The notes below the pieces were generated by a model. It did no database searches. It had not been told where the DNA came from and saw only the letters and a program-made list of their open reading frames with translations. A DNA stretch of 64,000 nt from an uncultured Acidobacteriota bacterium (GTDB lineage: Bacteria; Acidobacteriota; UBA6911). The stretch covers positions 384,001 through 448,000 of the forward strand of contig CAWEJX010000020.1 in NCBI GenBank assembly GCA_963809485.1, in the 5' to 3' direction. The translations under genes were made by a program, and so were the position numbers. Below, piece by piece: positions 17,461 through 30,516 of this stretch (position 1 is the first letter of the stretch; each line of letters begins with the position of its first letter).

Positions 17461-19851
17461 TTACCCTTTGCCCAGAGCTTGAAGGACTTTGTCCGGAGTT
17501 GCCGGCGATTCGATCCACTTGCCGATCGCGTTGTGGATAGCCATGATGACGAGGTGCGTGTTCGCCAGGGAATGGCTGATGCCGCTGCCTCCGTAACAGG
17601 CGTTGCTGGCGCGCGTTTCCAGAAGCTCCAGGTCCACTCGAGGCATGTCCAGCATGCCGACCTTCTTGTACTCAAACATATTCGTGCTGAGTTTCACTCC
17701 GGTCTTCGGGTCGTAGACATACTCTTCCAGAAGCTGGCATCCTTTGGAGAAATCCATCACCTGGTCGATCTGGCTCTCCAGCGACGTCCGTCGCAAAATC
17801 TTCCCTGGATCCGCAACCACGCCGAACCGGAGGATTTCCACCTCCCCGGTTTCCGTGTCTACGGCAACCTCGCAGGTGGCGACATCCATGACATCCAACC
17901 CCTTGCCGCGTTGGGCCCAGATGGAGGCAGGAGGTTTGCCTGAGTAAGTCGCGAACAAGTTCGCCCGGACGGCTTGCGCAAGCGGAAGTCCCTTGCTTGG
18001 GTCGGCCTTGACGACGACTTTGCCATCCTTCATATCCAGGTCTTCGGGCTTCAGCCCCTTCAGTGGATTGGGCTCGGCCTGCTTTTGGGGGCCTCTCCCC
18101 ATTCCGCCAGCCATCGGAGGATTGTTGGCTTCCTCGACCGCCGTTTCCAGGATCAGCTTTTTCAATTTATTCGCGCATTCTTTAATCGCCCAGGAGGATG
18201 CGGTCGACCCGTCGCTGCCGCCTCCATAAGGCCTATATATTTCATGGGAATCAAGGTCAATGCGGATATCCTTGTACTCGAGGCCCAGCTCTTCGGCTAT
18301 GACCATCGCGTTGCATTCCAGGCCATAGTGGCCGATATTGGGGCCTTTGGACGGCAGATGCACGATGCCGTTTCGCAGCTCAAGTTTGGTGTTATAGACC
18401 ATCCCCGCGTGGCGCGGGCACTGGTTGTAACGGAAGCTTGCTCCGTGCAAACGGCCGTCGGGCAGCTTTTTGGCGCCGGCTTTATGCCAGCTCCAGTTCG
18501 TCATCTTTTTGACGGCCGCGACACACTCTTCATAGCTGGGCACCGGATTGGGGTCGGTCTGAGATTCAGGTCCGTGGAGATTCAGTGTCGCGATGTCTAT
18601 CGGATCCTTGCCCAGCTTGTCGGCAATCCAATAAAGCCCCACCATCAGGGAATCCCAGCCCATTGGATTATGCTGGCCGCTGACGTACATTCTTCCGCAA
18701 TTGCTGTCGACAATATCCATGTTCTGTTTGACGTTCTGGCACCGCGTAGTGAAATAGGGGCCATACGTCTGATCAATTGTGTTGCCGAAACTGGAACTGC
18801 CCCGGACGCCGCCGTCCGCAACGGATAAATCGTCGATGGCCGTAATCAGGCCGTTGCTTTTGAAGCCGATCTTCAGATGTACGTAGCGCTGGCACAGATT
18901 GAAGTCGTACATCTCGTAACGGTTATTGACGCAACGCACGGGGCGGCCGGTCCTTCTGGCAAGCAGAGGTGTCACCAGCTGGGTTTTGCGATTCCCCCAA
19001 TCGCAATATCTGCCTCCCAGGAAATTGCCTTCCCGAAAAATTTTTTCCGGGGGTATACCGTACATGTCTGCGATCGAATCTTCGGTCCAGGCAGGGATAC
19101 CTTCAGCGCGCAGACTCTTTCCTTCGCCGTGATAGGCATCATCGAACCACCAGGCGACAGAACCCGTTGGATTGGGAATATGGCCGGAAAAGGCGGCCGT
19201 GTTGACGTCATATTCGATGATATGGTCCGCTTCGCGGAATCCGGCTTCGATATCTCCCTCGCTGACATTCGAATAGGAAACGTTGCCCTTCTTAGGGGGA
19301 TTTTTGCTGCCGCCGGGTGTTTTAAAACCGCCGCCTCCTCCGCTGTCTTTGGCGTAAGGAGGAGCCGGCCGGATCACGGGCGCGTCCGGTTCCCGTCCTT
19401 TGCGCAGGTCCACAACATGGGGCAGCACTTCCCACTCCACCTTAAGCGCGCGCAAAGCCTCTTCGCAGATGTCCGCATTTTCGGCTACGACGATGACGCC
19501 GACTTCGGCCCCTTCCTGATCCGCGATGTTGTCCAGAAAAGCCTGGCGAGGTCCTCTGGTCATTCCGCCGCCATCGCCGCCGCTCAGCTTCTTGACGTCC
19601 TCATCTTCCCAGGTGAGGACGTCGACGACTCCCGGAATTGCCCTGGCTTTCGCGGTATCGATCGACTTCACGTAAGCGTTCGCGTAAGGGCTTTTGAGAA
19701 ACTTGGCCTCAAGCATGTCGGGAACGACATAATCGATGCCGAATTTTGCGACACCGGATGCTTGCGACCAGGACAATACTCCCGGAAGATTCGGTTTCCC
19801 GACGACTTTGAATTCTTTTCTGGTTCCGTTTATTCCTGCTAAGTCCGCCAT
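17461..19851 (-). CDS. Xanthine dehydrogenase/CoxL-family molybdopterin-binding subunit (divergent, orphan)
   Basis: KSPYANAYVKSIDT...IPGVVDVLT, LLARRTGRPVR, IAEELGL, EVAVDTETGEVEI, PATPDKVLQAL. Confidence 0.85.
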   Translation of the reverse strand: MADLAGINGTRKEFKVVGKPNLPGVLSWSQASGVAKFGIDYVVPDMLEAKFLKSPYANAYVKSIDTAKARAIPGVVDVLTWEDEDVKKLSGGDGGGMTRGPRQAFLDNIADQEGAEVGVIVVAENADICEEALRALKVEWEVLPHVVDLRKGREPDAPVIRPAPPYAKDSGGGGGFKTPGGSKNPPKKGNVSYSNVSEGDIEAGFREADHIIEYDVNTAAFSGHIPNPTGSVAWWFDDAYHGEGKSLRAEGIPAWTEDSIADMYGIPPEKIFREGNFLGGRYCDWGNRKTQLVTPLLARRTGRPVRCVNNRYEMYDFNLCQRYVHLKIGFKSNGLITAIDDLSVADGGVRGSSSFGNTIDQTYGPYFTTRCQNVKQNMDIVDSNCGRMYVSGQHNPMGWDSLMVGLYWIADKLGKDPIDIATLNLHGPESQTDPNPVPSYEECVAAVKKMTNWSWHKAGAKKLPDGRLHGASFRYNQCPRHAGMVYNTKLELRNGIVHLPSKGPNIGHYGLECNAMVIAEELGLEYKDIRIDLDSHEIYRPYGGGSDGSTASSWAIKECANKLKKLILETAVEEANNPPMAGGMGRGPQKQAEPNPLKGLKPEDLDMKDGKVVVKADPSKGLPLAQAVRANLFATYSGKPPASIWAQRGKGLDVMDVATCEVAVDTETGEVEILRFGVVADPGKILRRTSLESQIDQVMDFSKGCQLLEEYVYDPKTGVKLSTNMFEYKKVGMLDMPRVDLELLETRASNACYGGSGISHSLANTHLVIMAIHNAIGKWIESPATPDKVLQALGKG

Positions 19852-20468
19852 AGTATGCACTTCCTTTCATTTGCCTGGAAGGATCGCGGGATTTTTATCG
19901 ATGCAGATCTCCGCTTCATATCCGGATTCATTTTAGAGCAGTATTCCACCGCGTTTGTGTCCGTGCCCCCTGCGCTACGCAGCGCAAACAGGACCATATC
20001 TTAAAGCCCCCGGACCAATGGCATTATATAACCATGGTGCAAAGCCATGCTCGCAAAATCATCCATTGGGAGCCGTGAACGGCAGTCATGGAGTTCTGAC
20101 GACCGGGGAGGATTTTGGGTTTTCACGGTTTTCCGGATGTTCCCGGATAATGGATATCCAGCCGTATAAGCGTTTATGGCTGCCCGGATTTTTGTCCAGA
20201 GGTTGCCAAATTTGTCAGATGTTTGCTTTCACTGCCGTATCCATGATTTCAGCCGGGAAAGCCTCCGGTTTTCGGAAAGCATGCAGAGGATGAAAAACGC
20301 GCAAGAAAGGCTGCCACATGGAAGCAATCCAACGACCTCCGGCAGGGCCGCGGGCTTGATGGGGCATAGCTCAAGCCGGCCGGATGAACTGCACTGCCTC
20401 CAGCCGCTGGCATGCGCAGGTGAGTCGACCGTTGCCCTATTGATCAGCGTTCCTCAACGTTTTATCTG

Positions 20469-20527
20469 TGTATGTCGGCGTTCCAGGACCCTGGAACTGT
20501 CAAACTCCGTGGGTCCCCCGGCAGAGC
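20469..20527 (-). repeat. Degenerate IS200/IS605-like left-end remnant
   Basis: ggaactgtcaaactccgtgggtcccccggcagagc, preceded by tcagcgtt/atctgtgt 10-mer-like units as in the full elements. Confidence 0.6.
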
Positions 20528-20624
20528 GGATTGTTTTGCGGCAGAATCCTGTCGCCGGATATGGCTCTAAAACGCACGGCACCTGATGCAAACTGGAAAT
20601 CGACAAGGCATCGGGGCCTTAATC

Positions 20625-20653
20625 TTGACATCGGGTTGAAATCGCTATACCTT
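20625..20653 (+). promoter_or_regulatory. Putative sigma70 promoter of fur/perR-katG
   Basis: TTGACA-17 nt-TACCTT, 37 nt upstream of the GTG start. Confidence 0.55.
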
Positions 20654-20690
20654 CCCTATTCAGGATTCAGTTCCGATTTAGGATTTAGCC

Positions 20691-23386
<2,696 letters not shown>

Positions 23387-23412
23387 TCCCGGCAACAGAA
23401 CCTCTGAGTACA

Positions 23413-23446
23413 GGGGGGCGTTTCAAAACAGCGTGAAACGCCCCCC
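23413..23446. terminator. GC-rich hairpin after katG (likely terminator)
   Basis: GGGGGGCGTTTCA-8 nt-TGAAACGCCCCCC; no clear U-tract on the + strand. Confidence 0.55.
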
Positions 23447-23464
23447 GCAACAAGCAAATCCCCC

Positions 23465-23559
23465 TAAACGCTGACGTACGCTGACCTTCGCCGACGAACG
23501 CTGAAAAAATATATTTTTTGTCAGCGTTTATCTGCGTTTGTCGGCGTGTGTCAGCGTTA
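23465..23559. repeat. Palindromic cluster of 10-bp units (4 x ACGCTGAC-like, AT spacer, 4 x TCAGCGT-like)
   Basis: aacgctgacg tacgctgacc ttcgccgacg aacgctga ... tcagcgttta tctgcgtttg tcggcgtgtg tcagcgtt. Confidence 0.8.
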
Positions 23560-23663
23560 AAAGGAGTGTATGAAAATCAGGACCTTGGCTCCTATACATT
23601 TATGTTTATCCGCTATGCGGAGCCGGCGGATTCACGCAGGGCAAAGGACAGGGCCGGCAAGGC

Positions 23664-25697
23664 TCAAGGTTTGCCGTCAGACGCATTCTCTTTTTTTGTA
23701 AGGGTGACCGAATTCGGGTCCACAGTGATTTCCTTGAGCTGCGTCATGACCTCCGGCGTTCCGCCCTCCTGGTAGCGGGCGCCCAGGTGTTTGGCAAGAA
23801 ACTTTTCCGCCGCCGCATACAGCGCCATGCTGTTCAGCGGCCGCGCAAAGCCGTGCCCTTCATCGGGCGCGACAATATACTCAACCGGAAACTTCCTGTC
23901 GCGCAGGGCTATTACAATCTGGTCGGATTCGCGCTTGTTTACCCGGGGATCGTTGGCTCCCTGAACAACCAGCAGAGGCGTTTTGATCCTCCCGGCGGAG
24001 TTCAGCGGAGACTGACGTTCCAGCCGGGCTTTGCCTGCCGGTGTGTTCGGATCTCCCATTCGTTTATAAAACATCATTCGAATTTGTTCCCAATATGGAG
24101 GAATGGATTCGAGCAGAGTTATGAGATTGGACGGCGCAACGTAGGCGACCGCCGCGGCGTAAAGGTCCGGTGTAAAGGCAACACCCGCAAGCGTGGCGTA
24201 GCCTCCATAGGATCCGCCCATGATCCCGATTCGTTTCGGGTTTGCAATACCCTTTTCAATGAGATACCTGGCTCCCCAGGTAACATCATCCTGCATTTTC
24301 TCGCCCCACTGGAGATTTCCGGCGTTCAGGAATTTTTTGCCATACCCGGCCGATCCGCGGAAATTCGGCTGCAAAACGGCATAGCCGCGGTTGGCAAGAA
24401 ACTGGACCAGACCGTCATATCCCCAACTGTCGCGCGCCCACGGACCGCCATGAGGCAAAAGAATGGCGGGCAATCCTTTTGGCGGCAAACCCTTGGGAAC
24501 CGTCAAATAGGCCGGAACTTCCAGACCGTCGGAGGACCTGTATCGAACCGGCTGCATGGATGAGAGATACTGACGGTCCAGTTTTTCGCGTATGCGGAAT
24601 TGCAGCGTCAATTGCTTTGTCTGGCGGTCGAACAGGTAGGTTTCGCCCGGTTCCATATCGCTGGAAGCCTCTATCAGCCAGAGACGCTCATCATTGGTAT
24701 GTGAACCAAAACCAATTTGTTTGCCGCCCAGTTTTTTCTGAAGAAGTTTGTAATCGGCCTCGAACGATTTGTTTTTCCAATAAAACCTGGTTTTGTCGTC
24801 GACATACGTGGTGGCGATGAGCTCGTCGGTCAGTTCCGATACAACTGCGCCGCCGAAATCCACGCGCTTCAAGGGATCGGATTCGAATACCTGAGCCTCT
24901 CCCGTATGCGGATCCATCGATTCCAGCCTTGTAAGGTCCACGGTATCTCCCCGATTGGAGGCAATATAGACGCGCTGGTTGTTCCTGTCGAAAACGACAG
25001 GATCGCAGGATTCGAAAACGTTGCATGAATATATCTTCTTGAATTCTCCCGGATCGACACGAAGGATTTCCGTATCTCCGGCGTCAGTGGATCGGGTGGC
25101 CAGACGAAGCTGATCCTTGTGGTCGAAGATCCAATTCGTGATGCGATCGGTGTTCTGCCGGAGGAGTGTCCGTTCACCCGTGGAAATCCTGATTTTGTAA
25201 AGGTCGTGCCACGCCTTGTCGCGATCGTTCAGTCCTGCATAGAGGATGTCCGGTTCGGTCCGGGGAACCGCATAGAGGGCAGCACGTATACCGGCCGCCG
25301 CGGTTATGTTTCGGGACAAAGGCGCGGCGTCGCCTGGCTGAGGAACATCGGAAGGATTTACGGCAAAAATGTTATAGTTCTCGTCGCCTGCTTTATCCTG
25401 AACGAAAAGGATAAACTTCCCGTCGCGGCTCCACAGGTATCCGGGTATCGGCCTCTTTGTATCGGCGCTTACTAACTTGGCTTTGTCGAACGGATCTTCG
25501 GTTTTCTTTACCCAGATGTTCCGCGTACCGTTCCACGGTTTGATGAAGGCAATGAACTTGCCGTCGGGCGATATTTGGGCATTTGTGATTTCGGGGTCAC
25601 CGAAGAACAACTCACGATCAATGATTGGCGGCTGTTGGGCGGCGAGAGGCGAAAACAAAACAACTATCCATAGTAAGGCTAAAGATACACGTTTCAT
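23664..25697 (-). CDS. Secreted S9 (prolyl oligopeptidase-family) peptidase
   Basis: Signal peptide; HGGPW, NFRGSAGYG, GGSYGG, QGANDPRV, DEGHGF; AGGAGG before ATG 25697. Confidence 0.95.
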   Translation of the reverse strand: MKRVSLALLWIVVLFSPLAAQQPPIIDRELFFGDPEITNAQISPDGKFIAFIKPWNGTRNIWVKKTEDPFDKAKLVSADTKRPIPGYLWSRDGKFILFVQDKAGDENYNIFAVNPSDVPQPGDAAPLSRNITAAAGIRAALYAVPRTEPDILYAGLNDRDKAWHDLYKIRISTGERTLLRQNTDRITNWIFDHKDQLRLATRSTDAGDTEILRVDPGEFKKIYSCNVFESCDPVVFDRNNQRVYIASNRGDTVDLTRLESMDPHTGEAQVFESDPLKRVDFGGAVVSELTDELIATTYVDDKTRFYWKNKSFEADYKLLQKKLGGKQIGFGSHTNDERLWLIEASSDMEPGETYLFDRQTKQLTLQFRIREKLDRQYLSSMQPVRYRSSDGLEVPAYLTVPKGLPPKGLPAILLPHGGPWARDSWGYDGLVQFLANRGYAVLQPNFRGSAGYGKKFLNAGNLQWGEKMQDDVTWGARYLIEKGIANPKRIGIMGGSYGGYATLAGVAFTPDLYAAAVAYVAPSNLITLLESIPPYWEQIRMMFYKRMGDPNTPAGKARLERQSPLNSAGRIKTPLLVVQGANDPRVNKRESDQIVIALRDRKFPVEYIVAPDEGHGFARPLNSMALYAAAEKFLAKHLGARYQEGGTPEVMTQLKEITVDPNSVTLTKKENASDGKP

Positions 25698-26141
25698 GGG
25701 CATCCTCCTGTTATACTGCTGAAACGATTTCCGGCCGCATTGGGTTCCTGGCTTCAAAGACTTTCGAATCAGACTCTCATAATCAAGATACAGTTCCCGA
25801 ACCGGCGATCGGCCGCGCCCTTCTGCAGAATCACCGGCAGTTCCCGGAGGCGGCGTGCCGGAACCGTGTCCAAGGTGAATGATCGAAGCCTGGCGCACTC
25901 GCAAATCAGAATCGCCTGGTTTTACTCCCAAGCGGAAAACCGAAAGTCGGGCGAAAGCCGGAGCACACAAAAATGTCCGCTTGTCCCTGAAGGTGCGTGT
26001 GTAGCAATATTGGTATACCTAAACGCCCCGCCAGTCAATAAACGAAGCGGCAGGCCGTGACGGGCATCGGCAATCAGGATGTGGAGCCTGAATATATCAA
26101 AGCGACCTATGGCAAAATCATCATTTCCAGGAGGCAAGGAT

Positions 26142-26624
26142 ATGGCATCCAAGAAAAAATATGCGAAATGCATCTTATCGAAAAAATTGATCAGGGAAAT
26201 TCCGTACTATACAGGGAAATCCATCGTGGCCCATGACGGAGAACTGAATGCGGATTGCAGCATGGCCTATCACTGCATTTCAAAGCCTATTTCCTTTGAC
26301 GAACCCCATTCGCACAATTTCGTGGAGATGCTTTGCTTCATCGGGGGAAATCCCAGGAATGTCATGGATTTGGGAGCCGAAGTCGTTTTCTACCTGGGCG
26401 GCGAAAAACACGTCATTACCAAATCGGCCGTGGTGGCCATACCTAAAGGATTGGTCCATTGCCCCATAATTATCAGGAAAGTCAAAAAGCCGATTGTGTT
26501 CCTGGAAGTCTCTCTAACCCGCATATGGAAACCGGCGGGAGCCCCGAAGAAAAGAAGCATACCGGGCAGGATTTTGGAAAGCGGGAAAAGCGGCAAAACA
26601 AATTTGAAGCGATCCGCAAAATAG
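26142..26624 (+). CDS. Cupin-like protein
   Basis: PHSHNFVEMLCFIGG...LGAEV...IPKGLVHCP; paralog of 16542-17004. Confidence 0.75.
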   Translation: MASKKKYAKCILSKKLIREIPYYTGKSIVAHDGELNADCSMAYHCISKPISFDEPHSHNFVEMLCFIGGNPRNVMDLGAEVVFYLGGEKHVITKSAVVAIPKGLVHCPIIIRKVKKPIVFLEVSLTRIWKPAGAPKKRSIPGRILESGKSGKTNLKRSAK

Positions 26625-27194
26625 GCCTGAGGATCGAACTCTTTCTATGTCAAAACCTCCGGCAAAGCTGGAGGCCTGATTGAATATTGGGCAAAGCGGC
26701 TGAAGGCGATCCTTCGGCTTCAGCCGCAGACACACGCTTAGTGTTTTTAAATCATCGAAATCGGAAATGCCAGGATTCACAGCAGCAAGATTCCTGGAAG
26801 CGAAGTGGATTGGGCACCAGTTCTTGAAGTGCAAGCCGTCCTTGTCTGCCCTTTATCGCAATAATGCCAAAGATTCTGATCTTCATCACAAACACTCCCC
26901 TGCCGGAATCAACCCCTTGATAAGCCTTGTTTTATGTGCAGTTTAGCTGGCTCCCCTCACAATCTGGATTGACCCGGGCAATTGCCGGGATTTCTCCCCC
27001 GAAGAAAACCAAAGGCCGCAATCAAAACGGCCGATAAGGGAAAGAGGCAGGTTTAAGCAGCCTGCCTGTTGTGCTCTATCGGCTGAACAGCTGTGATCTG
27101 TCCAGGATGGTTGCGCGGATCCCTCCTTTAAGGGCTGGCACGTCAAAGCAAAATCCGCGGAGCAACAGGTTCGCGACTTCGGAGGAGGCCATCA

Positions 27195-27818
27195 GTGAAC
27201 ACATCTTCATTTGTTGATTATTACGATCTCATGCAAATCAGCCCTAATGCGGACGACGATACCATCCAGCAGATCTTCCGCCACCTCGCAAAAAAATGGC
27301 ATCCCGACGTTAGTCAAGGCGATCCGGAGCGGTTCAAACTCCTTGTTGAAGCCCACAAGACACTGACAAATCCTGAAAGACGCGCGGCCTATGACCTCAG
27401 ATATCAGAGGTTCTGGGAGGCCAAGTGGAATCTGGCGTCCGATGCCTCCAACAGCCGTTCATTTGTGGACGACAGCGAGGTGCGCGAAGGCCTGCTATCC
27501 TTATATTACGTGCAGCGCAGGAGCAAGATGAACGATCCCGGCCTCGGAGAAATGGAAGTTGCCCGTCTTCTGAGGATACCGATCCACCTTGTCGAGTTTC
27601 ACATCTGGTATTTGAGGGAAAAGGCCTGGATCGAGCGGCTCGAAAACGGCCAACTCGCTATTACGGCGCTTGGCGTCGATGAGGTCGAGAAAGGCCGCTT
27701 GCGGCTCAGCCCGGATCGTCTCCTGACCGCTCATGGTTCCGAGCTTGAAAAAGATGGGTGGAAAGAAAATCCGGATCCGATCCGATCTTTTCCGGTCCAC
27801 AGCGAGAATTGGCGGTGA
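27195..27818 (+). CDS. J-domain (DnaJ-type) protein with an unrelated C-terminal domain
   Basis: DYYDLMQIS...LAKKWHPD...LTNPERRAAYD; GGAGG before GTG. Confidence 0.88.
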   Translation: MNTSSFVDYYDLMQISPNADDDTIQQIFRHLAKKWHPDVSQGDPERFKLLVEAHKTLTNPERRAAYDLRYQRFWEAKWNLASDASNSRSFVDDSEVREGLLSLYYVQRRSKMNDPGLGEMEVARLLRIPIHLVEFHIWYLREKAWIERLENGQLAITALGVDEVEKGRLRLSPDRLLTAHGSELEKDGWKENPDPIRSFPVHSENWR

Positions 27819-28248
27819 GCAGGGGACGGGCCAAATAATTCCCAAGTTTTGCTCAGAGGTTCAGGGATTTTGAAAACTCCTGCATCAGCGAATACCGACA
27901 CACTCCGAAAAGGCGCTGATATACCTTAACCATTGAGGTAATGGTCAGCATGTCAGTGGCTAAGGCGAGTGCTGTCGCTCATCCGACGGCTTTGAATGTC
28001 CTGCCATCACACTTCCGGCTTCTCCGCAGGTTGTTGACCTAATTGCGCGAAATCAATCAGGCAACCGCTTTCGGACAAATATGCGAATTACGCGGTCCGT
28101 CCCCCTGATTTCACCCCCTGATTTCAGGAACGTGGGCATGATATGCTATGTTCCTAAAGGAGTAGCGAAGCCATTTTCAATAGCGATATTGAGATGCAAC
28201 AGACAGGAAAATCCTTCGCCGGAGATTGGCAACCACGGGAGGTATCCG

Positions 28249-30405
28249 ATGCTCGATCGAAAGGCATCCTGGGTCATAGTCTTCACAATCCTTCTCTTCA
28301 CCATCCAGTCATCGGCCGGAGCCTTGACTGCAGAGGGACAGACGGCCTTGGTCGATAATCCATTTTTCAAACCGTACACCACGCCCTTCGACGTCCCTCC
28401 GTTCGACGCCATCCGGAACGCTCATTATCTACCGGCCTTCGCCGAAGGGATGAAGCGGCAGCTCGCGGAGGTCGAGGCAATCGTCAACGCTCCCGCACCC
28501 CCGGACTACACAAACACGTTCGAGCGGCTGGACAAGACGGGCAAGCTCCTGTCGGACGTCAGCGCCGTGTTCTTCAGCCTGCAGTCGGCCAACACCAACG
28601 ACGAGATGCAGGCGATCGCCCAGGAAATTGCCCCGAAGCTGGCCGCCCACCGCGACAGCATCAACCAGAACCAGAAACTGTTCAAGAGAATCGAGGCTGT
28701 GTACGAAGCGCGTGAGAAGCTGAAGCTGAACCCTGAGCAGAAATACCTGCTCGAGGCGCTTTACAAAGATTTTGTCCGCGCCGGCGCCAAACTGGATGAG
28801 ACACAGAAGGCCAGGCTCAGGGAGATCAACCAGGAGCTCTCGGTGCTCCGTGTCAAGTTCAGCAATAACGTGCTCGCCGATACCAACGCCTTCAAACTCG
28901 TAATCGACAATCCCGCGGACCTGACCGGACTGCCGCCCGCAGTGATCGCCGGAGCCCAGGCCGATGCCCGGCAAGCAGGGCTCGAAGGAAAGTGGATCTT
29001 CACGACCCAGAAACCCAGCATGATCCCCTTCCTGCAATATTCCGAAAACCGCCCGCTCCGGGAAAAGCTCTACACCGCCTACTTCATGCGCTGCAATCAC
29101 AGTGACGACAGGGACAACAAGGAAATCCTCCGGAAAATCATCAATCTGCGGCTCGAGCGCTCGAAACTGCTCGGCTATTCCAACTATGCCGCTTACGCTC
29201 TTGAAACCAACATGGCCAAAAATCCGGAGACTGTAAACAAGTTCCTGAAGCAGCTGTGGGACGGAGCCCTGCCGATGGCGAAGAAGGAAGCCGCAGAACT
29301 GCAGGCTCTCAGCCGCAAGGAGGGCGGAGATTTCGCGCTCGAGCCCTGGGACTGGTGGTTCTACGCAGAGAAGCTCCGGAAGGCCAGGTACGAGTTCGAT
29401 GAATCTGTTCTGCGCCCCTATTTTATGCTCAACAACGTCAGGGACGGCATTTTCGCGCTCTGCGAGAAGCTCTACGGAATCAGGTTCGTCCCGCAGAACG
29501 ACCTGCCCAAGTATCACCCGGACGTGCAGACGTTCGAGGCACAGGAGGCCAACGGGAGCCACATCGGCATTCTGTACATGGACTTCTTCCCGAGAAGCGG
29601 TAAACGCGCTGGCGCCTGGTCCGGAAGCTTGCGGGACCAGCACAGAGTCCAAGGGAAGAACGTTCCGCCGATCGCCACTCTGGTCGGCAATTTCTCGAAG
29701 CCGACGCCCGACGAGCCGTCCCTTCTGAGCCTCGACGATGTCAATACGTTCTTCCACGAGTTCGGGCATGCATTGAATACCCTCTTCTCCAACTGCGACT
29801 CCGTTTACCGGGCCGAATCTCTGGATTCGGTGGAGCTGCCCTCGCAGATCATGGAAAATTGGGCGCTGGAGCCGGACCTGCTCCGGGTGTACGCAAAGCA
29901 CTACAAGACGGGCGAGATCATCCCTCAGAAGCTGATCGACAAGCTCAATCAGAGCCGGCTGTTCAACCAGGGATTCGAAACCGTCGAATACCTCGCGGCC
30001 TCCATACTCGACATGGACTGGCATACGGTCCCAGAGCCAGTGAATGCCGATGTGAACGCGTTCGAATCCGCGTCGATGAAGCGGATCGGCTTGATCCATG
30101 AGATTTTACCGCGCTACCGGAGTCCATATTTTTCGCACATCGTCGGGGGGTATTCGGCAGGGTATTACAGCTACATTTGGGCCGAGGTTCTCGACGCCGA
30201 TGCGTTCCAGGCATTCAAGGAGAAGGGATTGTTCGACCGCGCCACGGCGATGGCTTTCCGCAAGAGCATCCTCGAAAAGAGCGGCACCGATGACGCCGCC
30301 GCGCTCTACCGGAAGTTCCGCGGCACGGATCCCAAAATCGAGCCGCTGCTGAAGCGTCGCGGGCTGCTGCCGGAGAAGGCCGCCGCCGATCCTCAGTCAA
30401 AATAG
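28249..30405 (+). CDS. M3 family metallopeptidase (peptidyl-dipeptidase Dcp-like), secreted
   Basis: PPFDAI, KRAGAW, FHEFGH, VELPSQIMENW, GYYSYIWAEVLDADAF; GGAGG before ATG 28249. Confidence 0.95.
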   Translation: MLDRKASWVIVFTILLFTIQSSAGALTAEGQTALVDNPFFKPYTTPFDVPPFDAIRNAHYLPAFAEGMKRQLAEVEAIVNAPAPPDYTNTFERLDKTGKLLSDVSAVFFSLQSANTNDEMQAIAQEIAPKLAAHRDSINQNQKLFKRIEAVYEAREKLKLNPEQKYLLEALYKDFVRAGAKLDETQKARLREINQELSVLRVKFSNNVLADTNAFKLVIDNPADLTGLPPAVIAGAQADARQAGLEGKWIFTTQKPSMIPFLQYSENRPLREKLYTAYFMRCNHSDDRDNKEILRKIINLRLERSKLLGYSNYAAYALETNMAKNPETVNKFLKQLWDGALPMAKKEAAELQALSRKEGGDFALEPWDWWFYAEKLRKARYEFDESVLRPYFMLNNVRDGIFALCEKLYGIRFVPQNDLPKYHPDVQTFEAQEANGSHIGILYMDFFPRSGKRAGAWSGSLRDQHRVQGKNVPPIATLVGNFSKPTPDEPSLLSLDDVNTFFHEFGHALNTLFSNCDSVYRAESLDSVELPSQIMENWALEPDLLRVYAKHYKTGEIIPQKLIDKLNQSRLFNQGFETVEYLAASILDMDWHTVPEPVNADVNAFESASMKRIGLIHEILPRYRSPYFSHIVGGYSAGYYSYIWAEVLDADAFQAFKEKGLFDRATAMAFRKSILEKSGTDDAAALYRKFRGTDPKIEPLLKRRGLLPEKAAADPQSK

Positions 30406-30516
30406 GTTGCTTTAGTCCGCTGTGCAGAGTGAATGCCCTTCAGCATTGCTGCTGCGGATGGACAAAGGCAGATAGTGCTCGGATTTCCCGCGATAAAGAA
30501 ACCTATTGGGGTAGCT

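Noticed and set aside
25698-25970. Long N-terminal extensions in the ORF track (also 28081-28248, 57612-58058, 52880-53026)
   Set aside because: Downstream starts have an RBS and begin with signal peptides.
28429-30099. Long antisense ORFs (also 21077-22264, 4216-5364, 37642-38868, 53540-54769)
   Set aside because: Shadow frames of well-supported GC-rich genes on the opposite strand.
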